Positions 24,601 through 62,986 of a stretch of DNA of 64,000 nucleotides are shown here, piece by piece. Every line of letters starts with the position of its first letter. The stretch's first letter is position 1. A model generated the notes under the pieces. It was not told where the DNA came from, did no database searches, and saw only the letters and a program-made list of their open reading frames with translations. The stretch comes from Zootoca vivipara (lineage: Eukaryota): the NCBI RefSeq assembly GCF_963506605.1, contig NC_083285.1:48422001-48486000 (forward strand). Direction: 5' to 3'. A program made the position numbers and the translations under genes.

Positions 24601-27600
24601 CATCTTTTCCTTTCTTGTATGGTGATTATAATATTGATGTTGTTTATTTTGTTGTGCATTGCATCGAGGCAGTTGGTGGTAGGTTGCATAAATGCATTAG
24701 GTGGCTAGCTGGCTCTCTGTGCTCAGGAACCCCGCACAAGGGATTTTGACAGGTGGGCAGTACAATCCACATGTCCATCAAGAGATGACAGGTGGATTGT
24801 CTTGTAAAAGCTGACACACCCACCCCACCCTTGCATTCTGATTTAGTTCCTGATTATTACGTCTTATTTCCTTGTTTAAAACACATTTTAACTATCCAAA
24901 ATTGGAGGTTGGTGGCGAGGATGTTTAAATGTCAGCTCAGACCCTGACTGAATGCTCACTCACCCAGGTTTTCATTTCTAGGAATCCCCCCTCCCTTCCA
25001 GCTCTCACAGCACTCTCTTTCTCATATGGGGCCATCTTCTCTGTCTCTCTCCTTTTGCTTTAGCCAGGATGTGAAGAATGTGGAGATGCAGAATGACTGG
25101 GCAGCCCCAAACGAGCCGGCCAGCATTCCAGAACCCACTGAGTTAATTGCACCTGGAACGCCAATTCAGTTTGACATTGTGCTTCCCGCAACAGAGTTCC
25201 TGGATCAGAACAGGGGCGGCAGGTACAGCCAGTGAGATTTTGACAAAGTACTCCCTTTTGCATTTGCCTCATTTTCTCAGGTTGGCCATGTAGCCATTAA
25301 CTCCCGCCCTGTGTGTATTTTAACAGGCGCACGAACCCATTTGGAGAGTCAGAAGATGACAAGAAAGAGGATGAGGCAGGTGAGAATTTTCTGGGGATTG
25401 CTGTTCATAAACTTCAGTCTTGTTGAGCCCCAAAGCTGTCTAAAATTACAAGGTCTATTGTAAATTTGATCCATGGGGTAAACTCTCTTCAGTCACAAAT
25501 GGTGCCCCAAGCTCCACTTTTTAGGTCGGACCATGGTCTGTGTCAAAGAGGGGAGACCTTGTGGCCAGATACTGCTAGCCTACAACTTCCACCATCCTTG
25601 ACTATGCTGGCTGGGGCAACAACATCTGGAAGACCACAGGTTTCCCCATCCCTGGTTTGTCTTGTGAAGAATGCCCACCAACCCCCATTCCTGCAGATGG
25701 CCAAATGCTTCTGAATGCTCACAAGCAGGGGGCAAGGTGATAATGGAAACCTGTAGCACTCTTTGTTGTTGTTGGACTGCAATTCCCATCAGTGCCCTCC
25801 AGCTTGGCCAGTAGTTAGGGATGATGGGAGTTGGAGTCCAAGAATACACGGAAGGCCAGAAGTTCTGCATCTCTACCCTATGGGATTAGATCTGCGACCC
25901 ATTCATACTTTCCCATCACTGCTTGAAATCAAGAAGTGTGCATCCATAGCCACAACAGCAGCAAGAATTTTGATAGCAAAGAAGTGGAAGACACAAGAAA
26001 TGCCAACGGTGGAAGAATGGCAGATGAAAACGATGGACTATATGCGACTAGCTGAACTGACCGGGAGACTCCGTGACCAGGGAGAAAAGTCTGTGGAAGA
26101 AGATTGGAAGAAATTTAAAGATTATTTGAAGAAATATTGCAATATTAGTTAGTTTGAAATGGATTTGGAAATGCGTATAATGTTGTAGTCTTAGAGATTA
26201 TTTTAAGATTAAGGATAATATGAAATAATTATAGTTAATGGTTAGATTTAAAATAAGTATAGATAGATATAAAATATGTTTAAAAAGTTAGGAAATAGAA
26301 ATTGCTAAAGTTGAAATACAGTGAAACGCAGTATGGGGGGGATATGAGGAAGTCACCCCCAAAATGATTAGAAAGGATGAAAAATTGTGAAAGGTATATT
26401 TTCTTTTATATGCTCTTGTTTTTGTTTGTAATGTTGTGTTTTCTTTTTTGTTGTTGTGTTATTTGTTTTGTTTTCATAAAAGTAATTAAAAAAAATTGGG
26501 GGGGGGGGAAGAAGTGAGCATCCATAAACTGGAACCTGCCATGAGAACATTCATGTTGAAGAAGAGAAAGCAGCACACCGGGTGTGTGTGAGAGATCAGA
26601 TGTCCTATTAACTCGAGAAACAGGATAAACTAGGAGAAAGTTGCTCTGTCCTCTTTTTTTATTTCCTTTCCCCAGATTCGCTCTTGCAGCAGATGTTTGT
26701 AGTCCGCTTTCTAGGATCGATGGCGGTCAGATCCGACCACACGGTTGAGGTGATCTACGAAGCAATGAGGCAGGTGCTAGCAGCTCGGGCCATCCACAAC
26801 ATTTTCCGTACAACGGAATCCCACCTCTTGGTCACCAGCAACGACTTGAAGTAAGCAAAACTTCCTCGCTTGCTTTCTTCTTCTGCATGATCTGCGTTGA
26901 TGTTGAGGTCTGTGAGCTGATTCTGTGAGTGGGCTGGAACTCCTGAAAAGGGTACTCTTGGTACAGTCGTACCTCAGGTTACGACCACCTCGGTTTGCGA
27001 ACAATTCGGGTTACGAACTGCGCAAACCCGGAAGTGTTTTCGCCCCGCGCGCGTGCGCAGAAGCGGGGCGCGGTCTGCGCATGCGCAAAGCGCGAAAATC
27101 GCAAAAATAGCGCTTTATGCATGCGCAAAATGTCGCTTCAGGTCGCGTTCGGGTTACGAACAAGTATTACTGTACTTGCTAAGGGCAGTGGGAGGAGATA
27201 ACCTTTGCTGATGTCCTGCTCCCTTGTGTCCCTCCAGAGGCCTAGGTGTCCCTGACTGATGTGAGAAGGGATAGCTCCTCTTCCCTAGTTATTAGGGACC
27301 TTTGCTGGATCCAAGGATCTCTTAGAATTTTTAAGTGTCAGGTGTGACTGCAGCCTGAACACAGCAGAGTTTGCGCAGGTTTTTCCGGAAGCTTCTGGCA
27401 GTAACTGAAAATGACTAGACGTCTGGACGCAGAATAAACTATATACAGGATTTATTAAAATAAAAGAAAACAGAGTTTCTATATACAAAGCAAAGCAAAA
27501 TAAATCCTCTCCTCTCTGTCTCTCTCTCAACCTATACAGCAATTTCTCTCCTACACTCACCACACACATACTGAACTGGCTTTCACAGATAACAAGTCTC

Positions 27601-30559
27601 AGTGTTGAACCTCAACCAATAGAAACACTGTTGCTAAGGTAGAAGCAGACCTTGGCTTTCTGCCAAAAGTTATTAGTTTGACCTAGATTCGATTGACCTA
27701 GATTAGTTTGAGTGAAGAAGCAATCTGATGGTGTTTTATGCTACTGACTCAGCAAAAACCCAAACAGGATTTTAGGATTCAGCTCCTAGTTCTCACTGGC
27801 TACAGCACCTTTAATCCCTACCTCTTTTGGAAGTAACTCTCACTGAATCCAGCTTCAATTGTTAGCGATAACGCTAGTTTCTGAAATACTTGCTTCCAAG
27901 GAAGCATATCTAGGATGGAAGGGTCAATCAGAGAATCTCTCAACAGTGATACTGAACTGGTAACATTTCAAGTGCTGTTGGAGCGCTATCGGCCGTGGCT
28001 AGTGGTCAGGAATAACAAGCTGCCACCTAACATGTGGAGGGCTAAAGACCACAGGGAAGGGAAACTTTTTGTTGTAGGATGAGGCGTAGTGGCATGACAT
28101 AATAGTACATGACATAATAGATCACGTTGCTTTTTCATATTGCACTTTTAAGGTCTGGCGTGTGTGTGTGTGCTTTTGCATATACAGTCCAGGGAGTGGG
28201 TGGGAATAAATGCAGAGAAGAGGATAATGGCTACTATTCTTGCTGAAGGGTTAGAATAATTAAGGATTGGAGGGGAGACCTTAAAGGGGCAACCCTTAAA
28301 AACTAAAGAGATCAATGAAGACTGAGAATGTTTAGCAGCCACAGAATGATGAATGCTTGTTGGAGAGGAAAAATGGAAGAGGAACACTTCCTCCCCGCCC
28401 CTCCCCAGTTGTGGGAATGGAGTAATCTCAAAAAGGGCATAACTGGTTAAGGGCATCTAGCCATCTCTGCTCACTTTTCCTTTTCTCACAAGTAGCATGT
28501 GAAGATGTGTCAGCTTTAGGCCCAACTTTCTTGAGCCAGATTAGGGCTCCTGTACTTTCTCAGACGTTAAATCTTGTGAAGGGGATCTAATCTACTTTTT
28601 TTTTCCCCTTTACACTAACAACAGATTAATAGATCCGCAAACACAAGTTACGAGGACAAGTGTAAGTATATTCTTCCATTTCTCACACTACAGAATTGTC
28701 AGTTAAGGCTTTAAATGCTAAGTTGTTAAATGTTTACCTGCTTACTAAGTCTTTAAAATTGTGAAATCTGTTTTTCCAGTTTGAACTTGCCAGTGTGACA
28801 CAATTTGCTGCTCATCAAGAAAACAAGAGACTGATTGGGTTTGTGGTTCCCATCTCAGAGTCCCCAGGCGAAGAGTCCATGAGCGCTTATGTATTTGAGA
28901 GTAACACCGAAGGCGAAAAGGTCTGGAGATGCGTTTCGTTGCATGGTTTTTAGAATACATTTTGTTCTAATTGTAGTCATCCATAATAAGTCATAAGTGG
29001 GCATTTAGTGAGTAGAGTCCATTTGCTTTGCTTAGTTTGCAAACACACACACACACACACTCCCCCCAAATATTCCGTAGCAATTCCCTTGATCCATGCC
29101 CACTTGCTTAACCCTGTTGTGGCCACATTTATAGACAAATAAGATTCTGAAAGAGAAACACCAGAGTTTATTTGCTATTACCTTGTACTGCACTCTTTGC
29201 CATACATGTTTGGCAAGCAACTGGCTAAACTTCCACAACGCCTATGCCCTGGTCTCAGCTTACATGCTTCTGCTTTTCTGGTGCTCTAACCAGAATAGGA
29301 TAACAGAAAAATTTCCTAAGGCCGATCTCTGCTTCTTCTGCAGATCTGTTATGCAATAAACCTCGGGAAAGAAATCATTGAAGCTCGCAAGGTAATGTTT
29401 CACTCTTCCTATCTATTCAGTACTGAATCTTGCTTTCAAGCCTGAACTCTGGCATCTGATGGGTGCCTGGGTGCCAGCACTTTGCTTTCCAGCCAGTTCA
29501 GTACCAGCTGTGCTTTTAAAAAGAAAGGAAAGAGGGGCAGCATATCCATGGAAGTAAAAATTGTAAGGGGCAGGAGGCCATGTTGGGGATCCCAGAACAA
29601 TACAGTGAATGGGACAGATGCAGGAAGTGAATGTGGACGATGAAAAAAATCATGACAGAGGCAACGCAGGTAAATTAAGTATGGGCCTCCAGTTGTGTGT
29701 TAACCTGCCACCCAAACAGAAACCTTAACCGTCTGGGGTTTTTCTTCTACTGTTACTTGTTTGGATCCATTTCAGGTCTTCCTGTACATATTGAGAAATG
29801 CAAGTTTCTGCACCAACATTAAATAAAATGCATTTAAAATACTGTAAATTAAATGACAAAGGCCTTAACTATTAGTTTCTCTGCATTTTTCAAGTACACA
29901 TTGACTAGCAGAGCATGCTGTACCCATAATGTCACAGTATCAACTCAGTAGGGTAAAGAGTTTACAAATACCATTTTAGCTATAAATAGGTGTTGGGAGG
30001 TACATCGCCTTGCCCCTGTGATTGAGGGGGCCCAGAACTGTGCAATGTCACCATGCAATGCACACCTGTGCTGTGCAGCTGCCACAGAACTGGGGGGGGG
30101 CACAGCCCCACATAGATGGTGCGCCTGGGTGTCAGCACATTGAAAATGAGTTGCAATTTCAACTTTGTTTCTGCAGCATACTATATAGCCAATCGAAAGC
30201 ACACAAGGATCCTCACTGTGGAATGAAGCTTGCTTTAATCTAGTCTTGTCAATTCACTGTTTCTATCCTCTTGACTTAGAACTCATTTTAGCAGTGTGGT
30301 CTAGTGTTGTTTTAAAAGCAGGCAACGGATTAGGTTGCTGAGAACAACTGAGCCCCCCCCCCAATGACAGATAATTGCAGGCCGTTGGATAACTATTCCA
30401 CTGACTCTCGTCGTGTTTTCATTATAGGATCCGGAAGCACTAGCTCAGTTAATGTCATCTGTGCCACTAACCAATGATGGGAAGTTCGTGCTCTTGAATG
30501 AGCAGTCAGAAGAGGACAACACAGTACAGGGAGATGGGCAGGAGGAGTCCGAGGCATAA
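3326..30559 (+). CDS. APPL2: APPL2 (DCC-interacting protein 13-beta; BAR-PH-PTB endosomal adaptor), 5'-partial, coding exons 2-21
   Basis: join(3326..3424,11679..11738,12178..12249,16285..16372,17207..17248,17340..17398,18788..18934,20439..20521,22399..22557,23222..23410,23729..23771,23870..23926,24065..24153,25064..25222,25327..25379,26676..26850,28625..28661,28780..28920,29344..29391,30428..30559). 1932 nt = 643 aa + TAA, all GT-AG, phases consistent. Translation TRSLLSVFEEDAGTLTEYTNQLLQAMQRVYGAQ...GQEESEA* is recognisable as APPL2; adjacency to WASHC4 matches known synteny. Confidence 0.97.
3949..4084. mobile_element. hAT MITE nested in the Penelope ORF
   Basis: CAGGCATGTCAAACCTGCGGCCCTCCAGATG...CAGGTTTGACATGCCTG; perfect 8-bp TSD CTTAAAAC (3941-3948, 4085-4092). 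Confidence 0.93.
4326..4363 (+). ncRNA. Minimal type-I hammerhead ribozyme motif (Penelope-associated)
   Basis: GTAT-CTGATGA-A-GTGTGCATGCACAC-GAAA-GC-TC-ATAC: stem I GTAT/ATAC, core CUGAUGA and GAAA, palindromic stem II, AGCU in place of stem III. Confidence 0.75.
5387..5762 (-). mobile_element. L2-type LINE 3' fragment
   Basis: Minus-strand RQRAFSVVAPALWNALP motif; (TAT)n tail. Confidence 0.8.
5854..6105 (-). mobile_element. Sauria SINE (5'-truncated)
   Basis: (ACCTTT)n tail on minus; body shared with the 35046 and 47140 copies. Confidence 0.85.
7122..7971. mobile_element. Non-autonomous hAT element with GC/CpG-rich interior
   Basis: CAGGGCCG...CGGCCCG termini; perfect 8-bp TSD GTGCATTG (7114-7121, 7972-7979). 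Confidence 0.88.
8634..9785. mobile_element. Tigger-like MITE split by an L1 insertion
   Basis: TA|CAGTGGTACCTCGGTTTAAG...CTTAAACCGAGGTATGACTG|TA; same family as 21658. Confidence 0.88.
8740..9685 (+). mobile_element. L1-clade LINE, 5'-truncated (ORF2 C-terminus, 3'UTR, poly(A))
   Basis: Open frame to 9451 with zinc knuckle CWKC-x8-H-xxxx-C; AATAAA and A-tail; 18-bp TSD GAAAGTAATGGAAAATGG (8722-8739, 9686-9703). Confidence 0.92.
9839..10081. mobile_element. Tigger-like MITE
   Basis: TA|CAGTGGTACCTCT...AGAGGTACCACTG|TA; reverse copy at 35894. Confidence 0.88.
10125..10780 (-). mobile_element. Rex1/Babar-type LINE 3' fragment (frameshifted)
   Basis: FYRSTIESVL / YCITAWY..LQRVV..HLFNFLPLGRRYRSI..RLKSSFY..AVRLLN. 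Confidence 0.75.
11067..11431. mobile_element. Tc1-like non-autonomous element
   Basis: About 60-bp imperfect TIRs CAGGTGAAACTCGGAAAATTAGAATAT.../...ATATTCTAATTTTCTGAGATTCACTTG; TA flanks. Confidence 0.75.
11679..11738 (+). CDS. APPL2: APPL2 exon 3
   Basis: NEMCLATQQLSKQLLAYEKQ, AG/GT bounded. Confidence 0.95.
12178..12249 (+). CDS. APPL2: APPL2 exon 4
   Basis: NFALGKGDEEVISTLQYFSKVVDE. Confidence 0.95.
13566..13716 (+). mobile_element. tRNA-derived SINE with CR1-like tail
   Basis: A/B-box-like head (TAGTTCATTTGG; GGTTTGATCCC) and GGACTAGATGATCCTCAGGGTCCCTTCC..ATTCTATGATT tail. Confidence 0.7.
13820..13995 (-). mobile_element. L1/Tx1 reverse-transcriptase fragment
   Basis: IETLANVIRED..IKG..KISLFADD motif. 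Confidence 0.75.
14336..14810 (-). mobile_element. CR1 LINE 3' fragment
   Basis: FSLEKRRLRGDMIAMFKYMKG...NFLTVRAVRQWN; (ATTCTATG)n tail. Confidence 0.9.
14927..14971. repeat. (AAT)n microsatellite
   Basis: About 15 AAT units. Confidence 0.9.
15715..15995 (-). mobile_element. L2 3' fragment
   Basis: Homologous to the 5387 copy; (TAT)n tail. Confidence 0.8.
16285..16372 (+). CDS. APPL2: APPL2 exon 5
   Basis: LNILHTELAKQLADTMVLPIIQFREKDLT. Confidence 0.95.
17207..17248 (+). CDS. APPL2: APPL2 exon 6
   Basis: (E)VSTLKDLFSLASN. Confidence 0.93.
17340..17398 (+). CDS. APPL2: APPL2 exon 7
   Basis: (E)HDVSMAKYSRLPKKRENEK. Confidence 0.95.
17830..18660 (+). mobile_element. L2 3' fragment split by a hAT-like MITE
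   Basis: TPVLKDLHWLPVRFRAQFRVLLLTFKALNG ... RAFSVVAPALWNALP; (TAT)n tail at 18577-18620. Confidence 0.85.
17986..18319. mobile_element. hAT-like MITE nested in L2
   Basis: TIR CATAGCTGCCAAGT / ACTTGGCACCTATG; flanks ccttctgg / ccttctca. Confidence 0.75.
18788..18934 (+). CDS. APPL2: APPL2 exon 8
   Basis: LKAEVAKEVASARRKQHLSSLQYYCALNALQYRKRIAMLEPMLGYTRSQ. Confidence 0.95.
19112..20025 (+). mobile_element. RTE-clade LINE 3' fragment, interrupted by a solo LTR
   Basis: HVHRMDDGRIPKD..GELAS ... VCKHDMKA..WESLADD..AWR ... FICPSCNKTC..H; microsatellite tail. Confidence 0.7.
19203..19697 (-). mobile_element. Solo LTR (Gypsy/ERV-like)
   Basis: TGTCAGG...CCTGACA inverted termini; minus-strand AATAAA near 19260; flanks caaag / ctaaag; the RTE sequence resumes on the other side. 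Confidence 0.72.
20439..20521 (+). CDS. APPL2: APPL2 exon 9
   Basis: IKFFKKGAEMFTKKMDSFLSSVSSMVE. Confidence 0.95.
20958..21160 (-). mobile_element. CR1 3' fragment
   Basis: Near-identical to the 3' end of the 14336 copy. Confidence 0.88.
21398..21534 (+). mobile_element. CR1 3' fragment (inverted relative to 20958)
   Basis: ...CTCTTCCAACTCTATGATTCTATTCTATGAT tail. Confidence 0.85.
21658..22074. mobile_element. Tigger-like MITE with internal triplication
   Basis: TA|CAGTGGTACCTCGGTTTATG...CCGAGGTTCCACTG|TA; three copies of the GCGAACTTTCCCATTGAAAGTAATGGAAAG unit. Confidence 0.88.
22399..22557 (+). CDS. APPL2: APPL2 exon 10
   Basis: VQGELDTEAEAMRVSQQDLL...QKAGYLNLR (end of BAR, start of PH). 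Confidence 0.95.
23222..23410 (+). CDS. APPL2: APPL2 exon 11
   Basis: KTGLVTTTWDRLYFFTQGGNLMCQPRG...CFQITTPTGK (PH domain). Confidence 0.96.
23729..23771 (+). CDS. APPL2: APPL2 exon 12
   Basis: GITLQAESKKEYEE. Confidence 0.93.
23870..23926 (+). CDS. APPL2: APPL2 exon 13
   Basis: WICAINNISRQIYLTDNPE. Confidence 0.95.
24065..24153 (+). CDS. APPL2: APPL2 exon 14
   Basis: AVAIRLNQTAQQAVTPITSFGKKQENQPP. Confidence 0.94.
25064..25222 (+). CDS. APPL2: APPL2 exon 15
   Basis: QDVKNVEMQ...ELIAPGTPIQFDIVLPATEFLDQNRGG. Confidence 0.92.
25327..25379 (+). CDS. APPL2: APPL2 exon 16
   Basis: RTNPFGESEDDKKEDEA (NPF motif). Confidence 0.93.
25949..26508 (+). mobile_element. L1-clade LINE 3' fragment
   Basis: ATTAARILIAKKWKTQEMPT...WKKFKDYL, homologous to the end of the 8740 ORF; 18-bp TSD AAGAAGTG(T/A)GCATCCATA. 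Confidence 0.88.
26676..26850 (+). CDS. APPL2: APPL2 exon 17
   Basis: SLLQQMFVVRFLGSMAV...HNIFRTTESHLLVTSNDL (PTB domain). Confidence 0.96.
26964..27172. mobile_element. Tigger-like MITE (CpG-rich)
   Basis: TA|CAGTCGTACCT...AAGTATTACTG|TA. Confidence 0.75.
27361..27745 (-). mobile_element. LTR-like interspersed repeat (uninterrupted copy)
   Basis: Colinear homology with 56132-56207 + 57504-57872; minus-strand AATAAA; ends approximate. Confidence 0.6.
28625..28661 (+). CDS. APPL2: APPL2 exon 18
   Basis: LIDPQTQVTRTS. Confidence 0.93.
28780..28920 (+). CDS. APPL2: APPL2 exon 19
   Basis: FELASVTQFAAHQENKRLIGFVV...YVFESNTEGEK. Confidence 0.95.
29344..29391 (+). CDS. APPL2: APPL2 exon 20
   Basis: ICYAINLGKEIIEARK. 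Confidence 0.95.
30428..30559 (+). CDS. APPL2: APPL2 exon 21 (last coding exon)
   Basis: DPEALAQLMSSVPLTNDGKFVLLNEQSEEDNTVQGDGQEESEA* (C-terminal SEA). Confidence 0.95.
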   Translation, partial: DPEALAQLMSSVPLTNDGKFVLLNEQSEEDNTVQGDGQEESEA

Positions 30560-30861
30560 GCTTGGTCTGGATTTCTGGTGTGGTAAACTGACAACCTTTG
30601 AAATTATTTCCAAACAACGAGCATGGTCACTTACTGATGGCTACCAGTGATAGTTAAATGTGTTTGCTTCTGTGTGAAGTTTTTAGGCTCTGTTGTACTT
30701 CTAAGAGGGTTAACAGGAACACTATTTTGAGCTAGGCTGTTTACAGATCTATTTGATAAATCACTTTCCTATTATCTATTTTTATACTTTAATACTGAAA
30801 GCTTACTCTAGATAATATCTCAAGTGCCTACCATTTTTGCAGGGACCATACTTGTAGATTC

Positions 30862-30867
30862 AATAAA
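30862..30867 (+). terminator. Candidate proximal APPL2 poly(A) signal
   Basis: AATAAA about 300 nt after the APPL2 stop. Confidence 0.35.
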
Positions 30868-31658
30868 GCAGGCACTCTGCCCTAGAATGAGGTGGCAGGT
30901 AGACTAGCAGCTACATGCCTTAACCTCCTCATAAGTCTCAGCCGCTCACATGAGCCAACTAAACCTTTTCTTTTTCATGCTGATCTACAAGGTTGGGTTA
31001 GTGCCCTTCTAGGTTTAACACAAAGGAGGCTTGCTCAAGAGTTAGCCCAGTTCAGTGTGGGGGTGGTTGTTTATAACCTAGATGGAGGCAGCCTGAGATG
31101 CACTTGTGCGACTTAGAAAAGAAAGCCGGTGTCAAGGCTGCATGGCTCTCCAAACAAGGACCAATCTAAGCCTAATATTGTCTGTATGATCTTACCAGTG
31201 TGACATTGATGCTTCTGGGGTTAATAGTACTGTAGTGGGAGACGTTCTGGGTTTACTATCTTAAATCCAAGTAACATTCAAGAACAGAGCCAGATCTAAT
31301 GAAGTTCACCTGATTCCCTGACCGTGGTGGATATTTTTAATGTTAAAATATGTTTTAATGTTAACAAACAGGGTCCATATTTTGCAATGCAACTGTTTAG
31401 CAATAATGCTAGAGTAAAGTCTTATTTGAACTAAACTGAACGGTGTGAATGTTTGGAACTATGGTTGCTTAACTTGTCCTGGCTTCAAAAAAGAGGACAT
31501 AAACATTCTAACAACTCTTCCTAAGCATGAAACCATAGCGTTTGCACTATAAAATCTCAGACTCCTCTTCTGGTGTCAATATGCCATCTGAAAGATGAAA
31601 CTTTTTAGCTGCTTTATGAAAACTAAAACCAGTCTCAGACTAAGTACACATGAAGTAA

Positions 31659-31664
31659 AATAAA
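31659..31664 (+). terminator. Candidate distal APPL2 poly(A) signal
   Basis: AATAAA about 1.1 kb after the APPL2 stop. Confidence 0.4.
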
Positions 31665-31684
31665 TCCACTTTTCCAAAGTTACA

Positions 31685-31690
31685 TTTATT
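31685..31690 (-). terminator. Candidate WASHC4 poly(A) signal
   Basis: TTTATT on + (AATAAA on -) about 2.25 kb past the WASHC4 stop, followed on - by U/GU-rich sequence. Confidence 0.55.
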
Positions 31691-33930
31691 AACAGTATGT
31701 ACAGAATATCAAACAGAACAAAAGAAACCTGAGATAATGAAACAAAATGGTTTTGCAAAATGAATTAGAGCAAGACATGTTAATATTTGGTCCCCTTCCT
31801 TCCTGAGAATTTGAACTAACAGAATCAGATGGGACTGGTCAAATTTACATCAATGACAACATGTAGCACGACTCAAAACATACAAGTGCACAGTCAAAAA
31901 GTATTATGATAGCATTGTTGTATTGACCCATTTTACCACTCCTGCTAGGCTAGATAAGCGTATTAACAGTCATTTTAAGCCTACAAAATGTATGCTCCTG
32001 GGGTTTGTTCTTCACTTAAGACTTCTGTTAGAGGAAGAGGCTTACAGGTCCACATCCTGTTAATTCATGAAGAGGAAGATCCTGACAATTCAACCATGCA
32101 TAAGAATTTGAAAATACGACTTCCCTTTATTTCTGGCTTTTGCAAACTGAGCCTATGAAAAAGTGGCCATAGGTGTTGTTTTCATGTTTGAAAACAGCAT
32201 ATAAAGATGGGGAAGGGTAAAGGAAAAATAGTACCTCCATATCTTTTTAGTGCCGCTGTTTTTGCTTTTAACATAGCTGCAGGTATTCACAATTTTAACC
32301 CATCACATGTACATACTGTGTGATGAAGAATAAGATCCTATGCCATGGCACCAGAAGGAATGTATTACTACTTGCTCAAAAAAAATAAAATGTAAACTGG
32401 AAGTCACATTAAAGACTTAAAACTGTTCATCTATTAAATTGGTTTACATGATGTAAAATGTTCAGAGTGCAGTTAACTACCATTCTATATTCACAAAGAA
32501 AGCCATTGGACTGTACATATGTACATGCTCTGCTTCTGTGAATATATACATAAGTTTAGACCCCAATGAAGGCTACAGATGTTTGTTTTTATGAGTCACC
32601 AAGACCATGTTAGTTTGGTTAGCACTGCACAATTCAGGCACATGGGATGCCCTAAACTAAGGATTCCCAAATTAGAGGCCAAAAAAGCAGAAATGGCAAT
32701 GAATGTTTATTATAACAGAGAAGTGCCTTAAATTTACATGTTTGTACAGTGTCAGTCTCTGAAAGACAGAGACTGGCCCTCTAAGTTGGCATGTTCTTTG
32801 GATTCCAAAGGTCTATGAACTATGACAGATTTTTAAATGGGGACATTAGTGCTGAAGTGAATATAGACAGAATTAAGCAGCAACTGCAATGTCAAGGTTG
32901 TGGTTAAATCAAATGCAAAAGATTGAATCAAAATAAGACACGAAATCTCCCTGACAAAAATCATACATTAGGCTAAAGAACAGACTTCAGTGAAACGTCA
33001 ACAGAAAAGATGAATTGTATTTTTTTTTAGTTGTGAGAGTATGGATTACTCTACAGTTCATGGCACTTCTGGGTCACTATCAGATTCAGAAGGTGAAAAA
33101 TTCTATGCCAGTTTGGTCCCATCTGTTTCAACAAATCACCATTGCTCTATATGTCTATAAAACAGAAAGCAAAAAAGGAGTTGAAGATGCATTGCATATT
33201 TTGTTTGTATTTTAACAATTTAAACATGTTAAGCAGCTCCAACAATTCATATTAACTTCCTTTGCAATAAGAGATGGCAAATACAATAGTGATTCCTTAC
33301 AAACCAGGAAGGAAGCTATAGCAGGTAAACACTTCATTCTGTCTAACTAGAGCTGCACCAATTACCTGCTAGTTTTGCTGCTTTTCTTTTTGCTCAAACT
33401 AGCAATTTTGGTAGAGCAGAAGTTTATCTTAAAAGCCACCCTGATGATGATGATGATATATTTATTAATATACCACCTTATTCTCTGAGGAATACATAGT
33501 GGATTACAGACAGAATTGATTAAAAAGCAATGAAATATTAATGGAATTTAAGCTATATACATATATATAGTCTGTTTAAAATATCATGCCAATATCCACC
33601 AGTTTTCTTACTGTTCTGCACCATTCCCCCCCCCCTCAAAAAAAAATCTGCTCTGCCCAGCTAACACCACTTCCTCATATTAGTAATCAGGAATCACATC
33701 ATGGAGGGACCAATACCACAGTGCTAAATACCAGTGTGATATTATCCCTGGCAACATGAGAGCAATTTAAAGAAATGAACATTTTTTCCAAGACTGCCAA
33801 AAGATCTGCAGAACACAGGGAGTAATTTCAACTTAAGCGTAATTGTTATTCTTAGTGATCACCAGTACACTTTTACAAATTTGGGGCTGCACAATTACAT
33901 CATACAGAACCAAAAGGCATACCAAGGCTG

Positions 33931-62383
<28,453 letters not shown>

Positions 62384-62723
62384 CTTGAAAGGTAAAATGA
62401 AAGTTACAGGAATATTAGAAAACACATCGTTTACCTATTAATGACACTTAAGATGGCAAAGGGTGGGGGTTTTTTTAGTCATAATTTAAAATATACTACA
62501 ACAAATCCATGCATTACCAATGGATTCCAAATGAATGATTCATTAGAAAATGCTCACTTCATGTTTAAATGCTACTTAATCACCACCCCACGTAAAGATT
62601 ACCAATATTATCTATCAAAAAAGAAGAAACAGCAGAGATTTTTTACAAAAATCTTCAGAAGGTATTTTATATAGACAGGCATGAGCTGGTTCTATCTGAC
62701 TGGATGTTTGCCAAACGATCATA

Positions 62724-62986
62724 CAGAGTGGTCCCTCATGTTGTGAACGGGATCCGTTCCAGCGGCCCGTTCACAACATGAAAAGGCCACAACATGAAGC
62801 GCCGCATCTGTGCACGTGCGTGATGCAATGCGGTGCTTCTGCGCATATGCAAAGTGTGATTTACACATGTGCGCAGGTTACGGACGCGCCAAACCTGGAA
62901 GTAACCCGTTCCGGGACTTCCGGGTTCGGCGCGTCTGTAACCTGAAAAGACGCAACATGAAGCAGACATATCATGAGCTATGATTG
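62724..62986. mobile_element. Degenerate Tigger-like MITE
   Basis: Diverged TIRs, TA flanks, interior resembling 39932 and 26964. Confidence 0.65.
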
